A DNA stretch of 63,978 nucleotides, the filler included, from Dimargaris cristalligena (taxonomy: Eukaryota), in assembly GCA_003614675.1 (NCBI GenBank). It is 4 parts of 4 records of this genome, joined end to end, with 100 filler letters (N's around TTAATTAATTAA, not from the genome) between each part and the next. Parts side by side here need not be neighbours in the genome. Positions count along the whole stretch, not along the records: positions 16,156 to 32,208 come from ML002862.1; positions 32,309 to 48,290 come from ML002863.1; 2 more parts are not named here. One strand, written 5' to 3'. Shown one piece after another: positions 22,897 through 34,801 of the stretch (positions are counted from its first letter, which is position 1; every line of letters starts with the position of its first letter). The notes beneath the pieces are model-generated. The model ran no database searches. It was not told the origin of the DNA and saw nothing but the letters and a program-made list of their open reading frames with translations. Made by a program: the position numbers and the translations under genes.

Positions 22897-25739
22897 TTAA
22901 AATTTGACACCCCGGGTAAGGTGGGCCTTGATACCAGTCGACTCGCCCCCGTAGGCCGCTGTCGGCGTGACGGCCACCCGTTTGAACGAGCGTAGTTTTT
23001 TCTGGGCCTTTTCGAACTTCTTGCGCCGGACCACACGGGGGTTGCGGTTTTCCGGTTTGCGACGGGGGGCCAACCCCCGGTTGACCAGGATATGCCGCGT
23101 GGCTTTGCGCCGTTGCCCCTGGTCCAATCGTTCGCCGGCAATGACTTCGTCCACCAATTCGCGTTTCTGGGCCAATTTCTCGTCCCGGCGCTGTTGGCGT
23201 GCCGTGTCTTTCTTGGCCTTTTCCAAGGCCTTGATGGTGTTGGAAACGTCGTCGTCGTCGTCGTTGGCGTTGCTAAATTGGGATTGGTTGCCCTTGGACG
23301 CCGAGGCGTTCTTTTTGGAGTCCCGGCCATTTGTGCCACGTCCTCCGGCCATTTCACTATCGTCTTCGGCCCCGGAACCGGTGGCCGGGTCTCCTCCGTT
23401 AAAGTTATCGTCCACATTGAGGACATTCTGACTGCCGGTACCGGCCAGGGGCTGGACAGGCTCTTTGTAGGGCAAGTCGGTATCACCGGTGAATTTGAGG
23501 CGTTTATCCGTCCGATCAAACCGCTCTCCAATCCGCGATACCAAATGGCGAAGGGACCGGCGGCTGGCCTGCTTATCGTCCTCATCGAGCTCATCCAGGT
23601 AGTCCATATCAACCAGATCATTCCCGGCCAATTTACGCTTGGTCGCATTGATTTCCCCCATCGCCCGGGCCCGGCGGTGCTGGACCTGGATTTCCTTTTG
23701 GAGGGATCGAAGGGACGGTTCGTAGGCCACTCCCTTGGGGGCAGTAGATGACTTGGCCGTAGATTCGGAGGCCAGGTCACGATCGGACCCGGAATCTTCG
23801 CTTTCGCTGTCCAATGCCATATCTTGTTCGACAGCCTTAGACTTGTGGGTAGATGATTTCGCCGCCTTCGCTTTCTTTCCGGTAGTCTGGGCCACCACCT
23901 CCTGGTTATCGTCGGACTCTTCCGACTCACTCTCTTCGCCGGTCTCCTTCCGGGCCAAACGGGCCAAGAAATCGGTCACCTGGGGCTCGAGTGTCGACCG
24001 GACGGCTTGCAATTTACTCAATAATTGCCGCAGTTTTACCAGCACAGCCACGACGGGGTGGGCGCGCAGTTTGGCCTGGGACAGTTTGCCCCGGGCTTTG
24101 AGGGTCAGGTAGAAGGAAATGTTGGTTAGGTAGGACATGGCCGCCTGGTATTCGCTCTCCCAGAGGGTCAGTACGGGGTACGTTTCGGGGTCGGTGATAC
24201 CCAGGGCCCGGGCACGCTGGAGACTGGGGGCCAGTTCCCCGCTGGTTAGGCGGCGGACGCGGGTGAATTCGGACATGAGTTCCAGAACTTCCGGGGAGTT
24301 TTCCTGGAGAATTTGGATCTTCTCGGCTTGGGGCAGGGCCGCCAGATTGGACGACCGAACCTGGTCCAGCTGAATCAGATGGCCATCACCCGAGGCACCA
24401 CTGGCGGGGGTCTTTTCGTCGCTCAGTAGAACGTCCAGGCTCGACAGGAGTTGCTTATCGGCTATGGAACTGGTGCCCACTTGGACAGTGGAACTGAAAA
24501 TCAGGTGGTCCTCGCTCTGCTTCTTGGCCTGATGGGCGCGGGCCCGCATGGACGCCTGGGGAGCGGTGAGGTCGATGGTATCCGCATCCTCCTCGTCGTC
24601 TTCGTCGATGAGGTAATCATCTTCATTCACGGCCTCCAGTCGGAGTTTCTGGATACGTAAAGCTTCTTCTTCTTCGTCTTCGCGGTCCTGCTCCTCCTCA
24701 TCGGCTTCTAGGGGCTTTTCGGACTGGTAGTAAATGCTTTTACGGTTTCCCCAACCCGGATCGACACGCTTGGCTGAAGTAGTGGATTATATAGGAAATA
24801 TAAAGTAAACGGGTTAATAGGTCAATAGATATAAAGGGATGTATCGAATGTGCATCATTGGTATTCGTATTCCAACTTGCCTTCCAAGCAGGCCTGGGTC
24901 AGGATGATCCTTGGAATGGTAGCGGTCGCATGGGGAATGAGTTAGTTAAGGGTCGTTTTAAGGTAGTACCCCAATTTAGTTCACCAGGCATACGTTATAA
25001 ACCGAATGTCAACTTACTTTCTTTGGCCCCGAAAATTTCGTCCTTATCCATCGATGTCTGCGAGCTAGTATCGTCGCTGTTATATTCTTCAATATCCTCG
25101 TCCATATCATTATCGTCACTCTGATCGTCACTGTCACTCGAATCCGGTACTTGATAGATGCTCCGCTCGGAGTCAATGGGATCTAAACGTCAATTAACAA
25201 GGGTGACATGGAGTGAAAAGCTAGTTAGTTAATAAGCATAGTGAACTCTCTGGTCTATATAGAATACCAGTTGGTATAGTATTGTTATTTGTCCAGATTT
25301 GAGCAGGGCCTTGCGGCTACCATGCTAACACATACGGGGATGAGCATCACGGATGACTTACCATGGCGATTAAATACAGGCGCGGGGGCGAGTGAGGTGC
25401 CTTCGAAATCGACCTTGTCTCGGGAATTATGAACTATAGAGATACGATAAGGTGTCGCATAGGAAGAGGGGGGTGAGAGTTAGTGATGGAATACAGACGC
25501 GGAATAGGAATAAGTATTAAACCAAGATTACGGATAACGAAACATATTTCGGTAGACAAGGACCAAAATCTAGACTTACATTCGTCGATATCATCCTCGC
25601 TTAAATCATCCCACTTTTTGATGGCATCCCTGGTAGCCTCCGTGCGGAAGGCGCGGGAGTTGTTATCGAGGTACGACTCGTCGTCGTCATCGCCGGTGGT
25701 CCGGGGCTTCGGCTTAGCCGAACGACTGGAACGTCCCAT
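22897..25739 (-). CDS. SAS10: SSU processome component Sas10/Utp3 (about 4 exons)
   Basis: Acidic N-terminal exons, GWGNRKSIYY motif, SPEVLELM...YLTNISFYL...HPVV (Sas10/Utp3/C1D domain), and C-terminal NRGLAPRRKPENRNPRVVRRKKF...YGGESTGIK. Confidence 0.93.
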
Positions 25740-26565
25740 GCTGGTGGTTAAGAGGGCCTGGAGCTATTTAGCGGAAAATAATGCAATGAGCAAGCTGTGA
25801 AGCCCAAGGGAATAAAATGCACAAGCTCGGTATCGAAGAAGGGGGATGTATTTTAGAGTGCAGCCCGGCCGACGTTCTATCGCGGCTGTAGTCGAATGTG
25901 GTGGTCACGGTGAATGGGGGCAGCAATAGTTGCCAAAAGGACAATGGAAGGGAACGAAATGTATAGGTGTGTGAATCACAAGGAGCTCTTTCACTTTCAC
26001 TTTTCTTGGTATGTTTTTTCCACTATTTTTTTTTCTTTTTGAGTGAGCGAGAGACATATATAACATATTCAAGATTAGCTGGTAATTTGGCTGTCTCTAA
26101 TAGGAGGGGCACACAGCTCCCATTCGGCCTATACCGGACAGGTAATATATGTCCACCATATTCAAAAAAAAGTCCTAAGTTGAATTGGGTAACGTGACCT
26201 ATATTTAACACTCCCTATAATCTATGGTGGGGGTATTTTACTAAAGGCTAGAAAGCTGGGACCAATATTAAATACGCTCTGAATTCTATTGCCCCGATAC
26301 TTCTAGTCCCAAGTCCATGCGAAGCCCCTACGTACCCAACAACCATTCACAACCTCGACCCATTCCAGGTGGAAGCAGCTGTATTGCTACCATTATACTC
26401 TTACAATTTATTTCGTACACTCTATAAGAGAAATCCATTACTTGCGAGCTCCCCCGAACCAGCCTCTGGGGCCCCTCGTATAACCCCATCTCAACCATTG
26501 GGCCTGTATAAACATACCTTTTCCCGATAGACGTACACGTACGCACTCACACACACACGCACACC

Positions 26566-27555
26566 ATGTCCAACCAGGTCAATTCCTTCTTGCTCGACCC
26601 AGACCACCGCCGGACCTTTATCCGGGGTACCATAGCCCTAGGCCTAGCCGGCGGCAGTACCGCCTATTACTGGGCCATGTTTAACAACCGGGAACCTTTC
26701 CTGAAATACGGCACCACCTGGGGGGTTCGGGCCGGCACCCTGGGCGCCATGTTCTTCGGCATCCGTGAAACTATTATCCTGAACCGCCGCACCGAGGAAC
26801 ATCGCGCTGGTATCAAGTCGTATGTGTACCGGGACTACGACCTAATGTTTGGGTCCATCGGGGCTGGGCTTCTGGCCACCGGGAGCTACTCACTTATTAC
26901 TTGTAAGTAATATTGCACACCTAATGTTATATGCGATTCGAAACTGTGTGGTTTAGACAGCCCCTTGCCGTTGCCCCATACTTCGGTATGGTCATCAGTT
27001 TTTTGTTATTATTATAGCTCGGGCATATCTAACCTCCTTTGAACCAATTCGTTAAATATGTACCTCATTATACTATGTCTACATTTAGTTGGAAAACAGG
27101 CTGTTATACCGGGCATCATCATCGGTGGTCTCACGGCTGGCGCAGGCCAATGGGTTGTCACTTCATTTTCCAATCTCCGCCGCTCTTACATTTACCGAAA
27201 TACCAAAGTGAAAACCCCCTCTGATTCGACCACCACTATAGCTGAACCAAGCCCAGCGCCCACTACCGTCCAGGTAGCCGATTTGCCCAAGGAGGCCAGG
27301 AGTTTTTCACGCTATATGAAAGATACTTTTCTCCCTGCCTCGTGGGCTGGTATCAGTTTCAAAGCGCCTTCGTGGTTCCCATTGCAGAGACTGTCGGATG
27401 AAGAATACCTGAAATCGCTGCGGGAGCGAGTGGAGGATATTGATGATGAAATCGACGTGATCAATTCGGAATTGGAATACCTCCGTGAGCTGTACTTGAG
27501 AGATAATCCTGATGAGGCGGACGCGATAGAAAAATCCAATTCCAAATCTGAGTAG
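26566..27555 (+). CDS. Conserved fungal membrane protein, Tim17/Tim22-like Gly-rich TM helices (exons 26566-26902, 27089-27555)
   Basis: Phase-consistent GT-AG intron. Four GxxxG-rich hydrophobic segments. C-terminal WFPLQRLSDEEYLKSL followed by a coiled coil. Family assignment is from pattern only. Confidence 0.75.
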
Positions 27556-27681
27556 AATCGGCCAAAAAAAAACACGGGAGAGCCTCGATTTAACTGTTTA
27601 CCGTGAAATCTATCTGATGAGATAGGCAATGTTGGTTATTGAATAATAATAAAACCCCCATATATTTCCCTATTTACATAT

Positions 27682-27818
27682 GGGCGAAATTCGGCCCGGC
27701 TGCATAAGGTGGTACACAATATATGTTTTGGGAGAATAGGCGGGATATCCGTGGTTATTCAACATTACTTCCTTTATCCAATGGATATTTTGTGATACAG
27801 CCTGGCTAAACCTCTCCA
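27682..27818. mobile_element. 136-bp MITE, copy 4 (more diverged)
   Basis: GGGCGAAATTCGGCCCGGCTGCATA...GATACAGCCTGGCTAAACCTCTCC. Left flank ATAT. Confidence 0.8.
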
Positions 27819-27977
27819 AGTATTTAATTTGTCACAGCACCACCTGGTCAAATAATTCAACAAACAAGGGGAACCGTTTCATACGCTACCATGTTCAATG
27901 CCAGCCCTACATCTTTCTATTTGCCCAACATGCCCAAGCCTTAAGCTGTAGGACCAGGACCTGATGGCAATACATAT

Positions 27978-28325
27978 TGTGACGTTTTACGTCCCTTGTC
28001 TAACGCACATTATATAATTGACGTGTCCCTCGACGCCCCTTTAATTATTATTCAACAATCCGAGTTATTACTGGCTTACATTATTCCAGGGTGTCCTGGC
28101 TCTACCACAACACGCCATAATCGCATCACGTTCCCAAACAACCACACCAATACTTTATAAAGAACGTCCTCGGTGGATGTTGAGAAAAGAAGACATCATC
28201 ATTCCCAACAACTCGCACTATTACCTTCTTAGCTATTTCACTTGTTTACGTATTTTTATCTACCATTTTCTTATACCTCGAATAAACCTTCGTCTTAACA
28301 CCAACATTGGCGCTGAACGAAGTGA
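27978..28325 (+). mobile_element. Putative retrotransposon 5' LTR plus primer-binding site
   Basis: TGTGACG start, TATAAA (~28156), AATAAA (28281), ...CCAACA end at 28306, then TGGCGCTGAACG (PBS-like). The internal region is lost after MITE copy 5. Confidence 0.55.
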
Positions 28326-28357
28326 GATTTTCTCTAAACTCTTATATCGTCACACAT

Positions 28358-28493
28358 GGGTGGAATTCAGTGCAGCTGTATAAAGGTTTGGATGACACAC
28401 ATATGGGAAGATATATGAGAGACCCATTATTAACTAGTGGTTTTTGCCTCATCCAACGGATTTATCGTTTTACGGCCTGGTTGAACCTTTCCC
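28358..28493. mobile_element. 136-bp MITE, copy 5
   Basis: Same TIRs, flanks ACAT/ATAT. Confidence 0.88.
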
Positions 28494-28667
28494 ATATACT
28501 TCCTACCTTGCCTCTTATTTTGCTGGGACTCTCCCACTCTTTTCTTTAACCCCATACCCACACTCCCCCGTTGCTGCACACATGGCCTCTTTTCTCATAT
28601 TACCATGTTTATTCATTTTCTCTTTTACAAGTATCATTCTAATCAGTCCACTAGTCCACTTCAACTT

Positions 28668-29256
28668 GTATCAAAATCAGTTAAATATTTGGTCGTGGAG
28701 GCAACGATGATGAGGGATAATGATGGCAGGATAAAGAACGGGATGTATCGTATATATGAATAGACAGGTGGAAATAGTCGAAGAAAAATAAACCTTTGGT
28801 GTTTGAATTACTGTGACCAGTTGATGGAACTAGGCGATAATAATACCCAGTTCCTAATCATACGAACTGCTTTGATCACAGTGGCCAATTGACGCGATAA
28901 ATTATAGATGTTCACTAAATTTGGATGGCTTACATTGTCTGTTAAACTATTCGTCTAGTTTGGTCTTAACCACTAAGTCTCGGCTAACCATATATAACTC
29001 GTACTACCTCCTCGCAGAAGCAAATGCAGTAATCCCCTTACCCTTACACATACCGACCACCACTTTGTCCAGCCATCCATATTAACACCTTTCCGCTGAT
29101 TTTTTCCTGTTTAGTTCAATAGTTCAATAACTCACCCCCTCACCTAACAACTCACCAACCACCAGTCCTAGTCATGGTCGTAGATCAAAGAAGCATATAC
29201 GTTCAGCACGGTACCGGTATTATTGTGATAGTAAATCTCTACCGTAAGGCATTATG
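28668..29256 (-). repeat. ~590-bp dispersed repeat R2, CpG-retaining copy
   Basis: Reverse complement aligns with 16279-16873. Confidence 0.9.
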
Positions 29257-30005
29257 AACTACTATAATATGGCAACTATTACAGGCTCTATCATCAAGGC
29301 CTAACGGCAATGTAACGTCACCACACTTTAATCCTCCCCAGTGGGCTTCCCAGGCTTACTTTTTAAGTCACTATACTCGACTGGGTCGATTAAAACATTA
29401 TAAGGTGAACAGATCAGTTAATATTATTTGGACCATTGTTGTATATATATATGCATATATATATAATTACTTACTATGCGTTGATCTGCCTTTGTATTTT
29501 GTCCTGGGTGTCTAGAACGTATTTCATATGCATACCGTAGAAACCCCCGCGAGTGGTTCGAAGCCCGAGTCACCAGTATAGACATAGACCTCTATAGCTT
29601 AGAATTGACCGATGATGATGGGGATAGCGTTACGGAAAGAGCCCAAGATATTATTATTCGCTAAGTGCAGTGCCGTCAGGCAGTCCACGGTCGATCTTTA
29701 ACGCTCGACTACCAGCCTATCCGGAGAATTGCACAATTCAACTGATGATTAGTTATTATTTTGGACGACAACGACTAATCCTGTGAAAGATTCGACGAAT
29801 ACCCTTGAATGTATCCACGCCTTCGGGTGGTGTTTGCTGCAGCTAATGATTTGGTGATGTTTTAAGAAGTCTTGGGTGATAGTTACTTTACGGCACTTGT
29901 TCATGGAGCCCCCTTCGAAACAGACGAATTCGTTCTGCTGATTGTTTTGTAACCTCCTTCACGACTTTTTAGTATTCCCGAAATAATTGCCTATTAAATA
30001 AATAT

Positions 30006-30141
30006 GAGTAGAATTTGGCCCATCTGTATAAGGCTTTACATGGTATACATATGGGATAAAAGATAGGAAAATCATTTACAACCAACAGTATTTGTATCAT
30101 TCAACAGATTGTTTGATATACAGTCTGGTTGAACTTTTCCC
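30006..30141. mobile_element. 136-bp MITE, copy 6
   Basis: GAGTAGAATTTGGCCCATCTGTATA...TATACAGTCTGGTTGAACTTTTCCC, with ATAT on both sides. Confidence 0.85.
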
Positions 30142-30599
30142 ATATGCAAATGGAGAAGTGGGAATTGTTGAAATAAAAAAGGCATTCCGTGGTTGAATAC
30201 CCGCTCCTCACTGATGGAAAAAAGTGATGATAGTGCCCAGTTCCCGAAGATAAATCAGCTTTATTCACATAGAATATTTAGCACGTCATGGGCCAAGATG
30301 TAAACTCAGTGAAATGTGATAAATGAATATCCATCATATTTCTACATCACACTGTCTGATGCTAGGGAAAAATAAGGTAATCCCACCCCTAGTGCCCACA
30401 ATATTATACCAGCCATACGCAGTACACTGGAGCCCAAATTATACCGTGATTAAACCAGTCTACACAGTATTGCAATTAGGTGACATTGTCCGGTAAATAT
30501 ATGTACTATACAATCTACTCAACAATGTTCAACTATAAACACCATATACTATATTGAATTGTGCCAATTTATCACTAAGATACACCAATACATGCATAT

Positions 30600-31168
30600 T
30601 AAATGGTTTTAATGCAAGTTGCAACCCACTGAGCTGAGGATAGATGATGGGTACTGCTATAGTTAGTGGCTTGACAGTTAGAAGAATGTTTGGGTAAAGT
30701 TGTGCTAGATTTGTATATTTTGCAAGAGAGCTATGTAGGCTGTTGGAATAAACAGTAAATAGTGAAAGGGGCAGTGTCCATGATTTTAACCAGTAAAATT
30801 GGTCTAACCAGCCAAAGATCTTGTTAATGAGCTGAAGTAGGTGCCACTTTATCACCCACAGATCCCACTTTTTAATTCAAATACTTGATTTTGACCTCCA
30901 GCATTGGTTAATGGCTTTCTTTTATAGACTGAATGTATTTTTCTGCCATAAATGGGAGTTCCTTAATAGCCCCTACTAACTTCGACCCAAACTCTTTCAC
31001 TTTTTCTAAACTCTGGTATTGTAGGTGTAGAGTGTGGCTCTCAGTGAGACCATCCACATGGTGGGGAGCTGTGGTAACTGACTGTGAGGTCAGCACTAGG
31101 AGGGCCAGGCTGCCAAGGGTGACATACAGAACTCAGTGGGGCATGCTAAAGGATTGAATGGCATGCAT
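30600..31168 (-). pseudogene. Pseudogenised paralog of the 19112 secreted protein with a different C-terminus (3' boundary approximate)
   Basis: MHAIQSFSMPH*VLYVTLGSLALLVLTSQSVTTAPHHVDGLTESHTLHLQYQ aligns codon for codon with the 19112 leader. TGA replaces CGA, and further in-frame TAA/TAG stops follow. Confidence 0.85.
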
Positions 31169-31408
31169 AGAATCAAAAGGGGTTAATGTGGGGATAGTGC
31201 AAAGTAAGTGGGTCAAACACTCACTACATACCATTGGCATATCAAGAACCAAATGAAAGAAGAGAGTAGGCATACATATTTAGTCAGATGCAAAAAAATT
31301 AACATGCCTCCTCTAAACCAATTACTTAGCTGTACTGTAACAGGATGGCATGTAGGGATAGATTAATCAAGTAATACTAAGTGAGGTTATTGTAAATAAG
31401 ATGTGTAG

Positions 31409-31624
31409 TGTAAAATAAGTATTTTATTGTAACATGAAGATCTTTTGAGTATGCAAGTCATTACTTCTTTTATATCTATATTTCTAGTGTCTGGGTAGAG
31501 TGACTGCTGTTTGCTGCTTGTTCTGAGGGGGCCACTATGGTGAGGGGGTTGGATGGAGCATTCTCATTGATTGGGATGAGGGATTGTCCTAATGTGGAAC
31601 CATCTGCCCCCTATGAGGGTTGCA
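31409..31624 (-). mobile_element. Solo-LTR-like repeat, copy of 899-1119
   Basis: Reverse complement TGCAACCCTCATAGG...CAATGAGAATGCTCCATCCAACCCCCTCACC...GATATAAAAG...CAATAAAA matches 899-1119. Confidence 0.65.
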
Positions 31625-32208
31625 GTACCAACTGGTGCAAAAAGACCATGAATGATAAATCCATAGTGTGGCACTTACTGGTGGTGATGGGGAGAACTTA
31701 TAATAGTAAGGAATGAAGGTGGGACTTATGTAAAATAGATAGATGGAGAGTGCAATGATATACTCTCTTGTACAGGCCGGTGGATTGGATATTTATATAA
31801 AATCATTGGAGTGGATTAACTCTTTGAAAGTGTGGGTAAAGTAGTTGGAGTAAAATACACAAGGAGGAATAAATAATATGGTGGTGATGGATAGAAGGAA
31901 ATAGATTAGCAAGCAAACATGAGCTGCAAATACACTGATGACAGCAGTGGTAGACTGTCTCAGCCCCTCTCTCTCACCTCCAAGCCTGGTCCTCTAGTCC
32001 CAGAAGCAACTATTATTATTTTTAAATAGGCAGATAAATATTTTTTTTCAAAACAATATTGGAATACATGTGTCTAATCAATCTTTAGACTGAACTCACA
32101 TAGTTATAAAGAACTGAACTCAAATCCTTAAAAACTGCACTTTATTTGAAAAAATAGATGATAAGAAGGGAAAGGTGATGATAGACTTGCTGTTCCAAGA
32201 GGTGGCAG

Positions 32209-32308
32209 NNNNNNNNNNNNNNNNNNNNNNNNNNNNNNNNNNNNNNNNNNNNTTAATTAATTAANNNNNNNNNNNNNNNNNNNNNNNNNNNNNNNNNNNN
32301 NNNNNNNN
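32209..32308. other. Artificial contig-joining spacer
   Basis: N44-TTAATTAATTAA-N44. Confidence 0.97.
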
Positions 32309-32319
32309 GGTAAGATGAT

Positions 32320-32428
32320 ATATATGATGTCCGGCCCCATTAGGACCAGGGGTACAATATGGTGCTATATGGCCTGCTATGATGGCAATCATTAGCGGAT
32401 GGATTAGGTCAGATTAGGAGGGGCGACA
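32320..32428 (-). mobile_element. LTR-like terminus (TGTCGCCCC...), copy of 48181-48290
   Basis: Inverted match to 48181-48290. Both copies run into contig ends, and this copy has lost several CpGs. Confidence 0.7.
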
Positions 32429-33390
32429 CTCTATACACTCATCTCTCTTATGCTAACTAGTAAGTGTGTCTACTGCACATCCCTGATATTAACCTGCATC
32501 TGTCCTTTATTAGTTAGCACTATGCCCCATCCTAATACTAGTAGCCTGCTTGGCCAAGCCTAAGCCCCACCTACCAGTAGAAACCTATCCTTGGGACTCT
32601 TAACAGACTAAGAGTGGTTAACCTGGGCAACAATACTATTGTGCTTAATAACCAGTAAGATTAAAGCTGGGTTTTTTGGGGGATCTAGGTGATATCATCG
32701 CCCAGTTCCATCACTGATGCACAGGTATGCAACTGCTAAATGCTGGCCTTTCCTTCACTATTCCTGCCACTTTATGTAGTTATTATATATACCCTATTCA
32801 TTATACCATTCTATTACTATCACCCATTAATTATCTCCACTAGTAGCACCTTCTGGTATATTCTGTGTTGGAAGACACCTTTATCTTTTGGCACTTAGCT
32901 GCATCCAATATCCCTTTACTAGTTAACTTATCCTTTATATCTGATCTGTTACCATAGTTGTTTTTAAAGCGCCCTTCACAGCCCTAGCTTGAGTATCCTC
33001 TAATAAACCTTCAACCTAGGCGTAGGTATTATCACGTTCACTAGCATTTTCCCCAGCAGTAGCTGAACGCTTTTTTAATCAAGCCAATCCATCTCCCATC
33101 ACCATATTTTTTTCCTCCTTCAATATGGTTGAGGGTTTTCCTATCATTTTTTATAATAAAGATAACCCCCCCCCCTTTTACTCGTTACATCAAAATGAAA
33201 GCCTTTCATTAACAAAAGTGCCAGCCAGTACTGTCAGTAGGACTAAATGATTTGTTGATAATAAACGCGACTTATGCAATACTTTCAAAACCATGGCATG
33301 TATCAATTCGAGATATTCACTAATATCGGGTTTTAAACTAATAGTGCCCCAGAAGAATTAAACAACTGGGGCCATCAGAGCTTCGATTTA

Positions 33391-34285
33391 TTACTTTTCA
33401 GCGGCAGCGGCCTTGTTTTGCAGGGAGATTTTGTAATTCATCACATCGACAACCACCTGAAGGTTGTCTTGTTTCCCCGTGACGGTAGTTTGAAGTTTAT
33501 CTAAACTGCCCTGGAGGTAAGTGCATTTTTCATTGTAGAATTTGATAGCATCCTTGGTCGACTAAGAGCACCCGAGGCCAAATATCGGATTCAAATAGAA
33601 AATAGGGATGTACAATAGGGATGCGGATACAGTGGTTAGGAAGTCGTATCCATTTCGAAATAGAATATTGGCGATCAAATAATCATCATCCAGGCCAATT
33701 ACCAAATATAAAACGTAGCTATAGTCACTGGGAGTAATGGGTGGCCGTCGGAAACTTCTAGTAGGATGCTGTCGGAGCAGGATTCTGGATTATAGAACCC
33801 TTGCAAAACACAAATGTGGGGTGAATTACCTTTTCGGCATAGTAGCCAGTGCCCAGATCAACAATAACCCGGTCAATATCGCTAAGTTTACCCGGGACGT
33901 AGAGCGAGGTAGTCAGGGGAATCAGGGAGACGGAGTCCTTGGCCTTGGGTGTGAGTGCTTCGACACTATTTTTGCATTCCCGGAAGGTGGCTTGGGCCTT
34001 TTTGAGCTTGGCGTACGAGTTGGTCAGGTAGCCGATTTCCTAGAATAATTTAACGATGGGAGGGTGGAAGGGGCAGGTGGAGCGGCTCAGGAGGTGAGAA
34101 CAATAGCTGGGCCAGGCTGGCAAATTAGGTGGCCCTCGACCGCTCATAATAATGGCAATAAAGCCGGGGGGTTTGGTACTGGGGGGAGGTCTAGACATTA
34201 CCTCCTCGAGTTGCGTTTTGACTTGTTGGAGCTGGGGCAGCGATAGGTCGGGAAGGTTAATGGATTGCTGTTCAGCTTGAGCCAT
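33391..34285 (-). CDS. GIM5: Prefoldin subunit 5 (exons 34202-34285, 33830-34039, 33391-33561)
   Basis: LSLPQLQQVKTQLEEEIGYLTNSYAKLK...LIPLTTSLYVPGKL...VIVDLGTGYYAEK...AIKFY, the alpha-prefoldin PFDN5 signature. Confidence 0.95.
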
Positions 34286-34801
34286 GTCGGAATAAAAGGT
34301 ATACGGGTCGGAGTGGAAATTGGGATTATGGGTAGAAAACTGTTCTACAAAGGAAACAATGGCAAAGGTCAAACTAGAAAGGATTGAATCGTGTAGGTGG
34401 AATGTTCCCGGCCGTGTTCTATGTGGGTTCCTCGGTTAGTTTCCCATCCTATTTTTCCAACCGAGGCCAAGTGCATGTCAGTCAATACAAACGAACCCTC
34501 CCCCCCTCACAGCTGCAGGCAATAAAACCTCCTCTCCCCCTTGGGCCTCAGTATAGCCCACACTCTAGGGCAGCTAGCTATGCTAAACCACCCGGTACCT
34601 TAAATGGCCTGATAACAACGTCGCGTGATAATTGTACAGGGAGGCCCCAAAATTGGCAGCGGCCAACTCAAATAGACCAGCAGCCCTTCCCCCTATTTTC
34701 CTTTCTAGGCCAACCCGTTCCCCTTGCCCCTTTTAAATATTTGCAACAGCTGGCTTAACCTACTCGTTCTTTTCACCCATTGGCTTCGCCTACTACAGTT
34801 T

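Noticed and set aside
22782..24373. Long overlapping ORFs (382, 219 and 154 aa) around SAS10
   Set aside because: Alternative-frame and antisense shadows of a GC-rich coding exon.
29545..29575. GGTTCGAAGCCC...TCACCA tRNA T-loop-like motif
   Set aside because: Cannot be folded into a cloverleaf.
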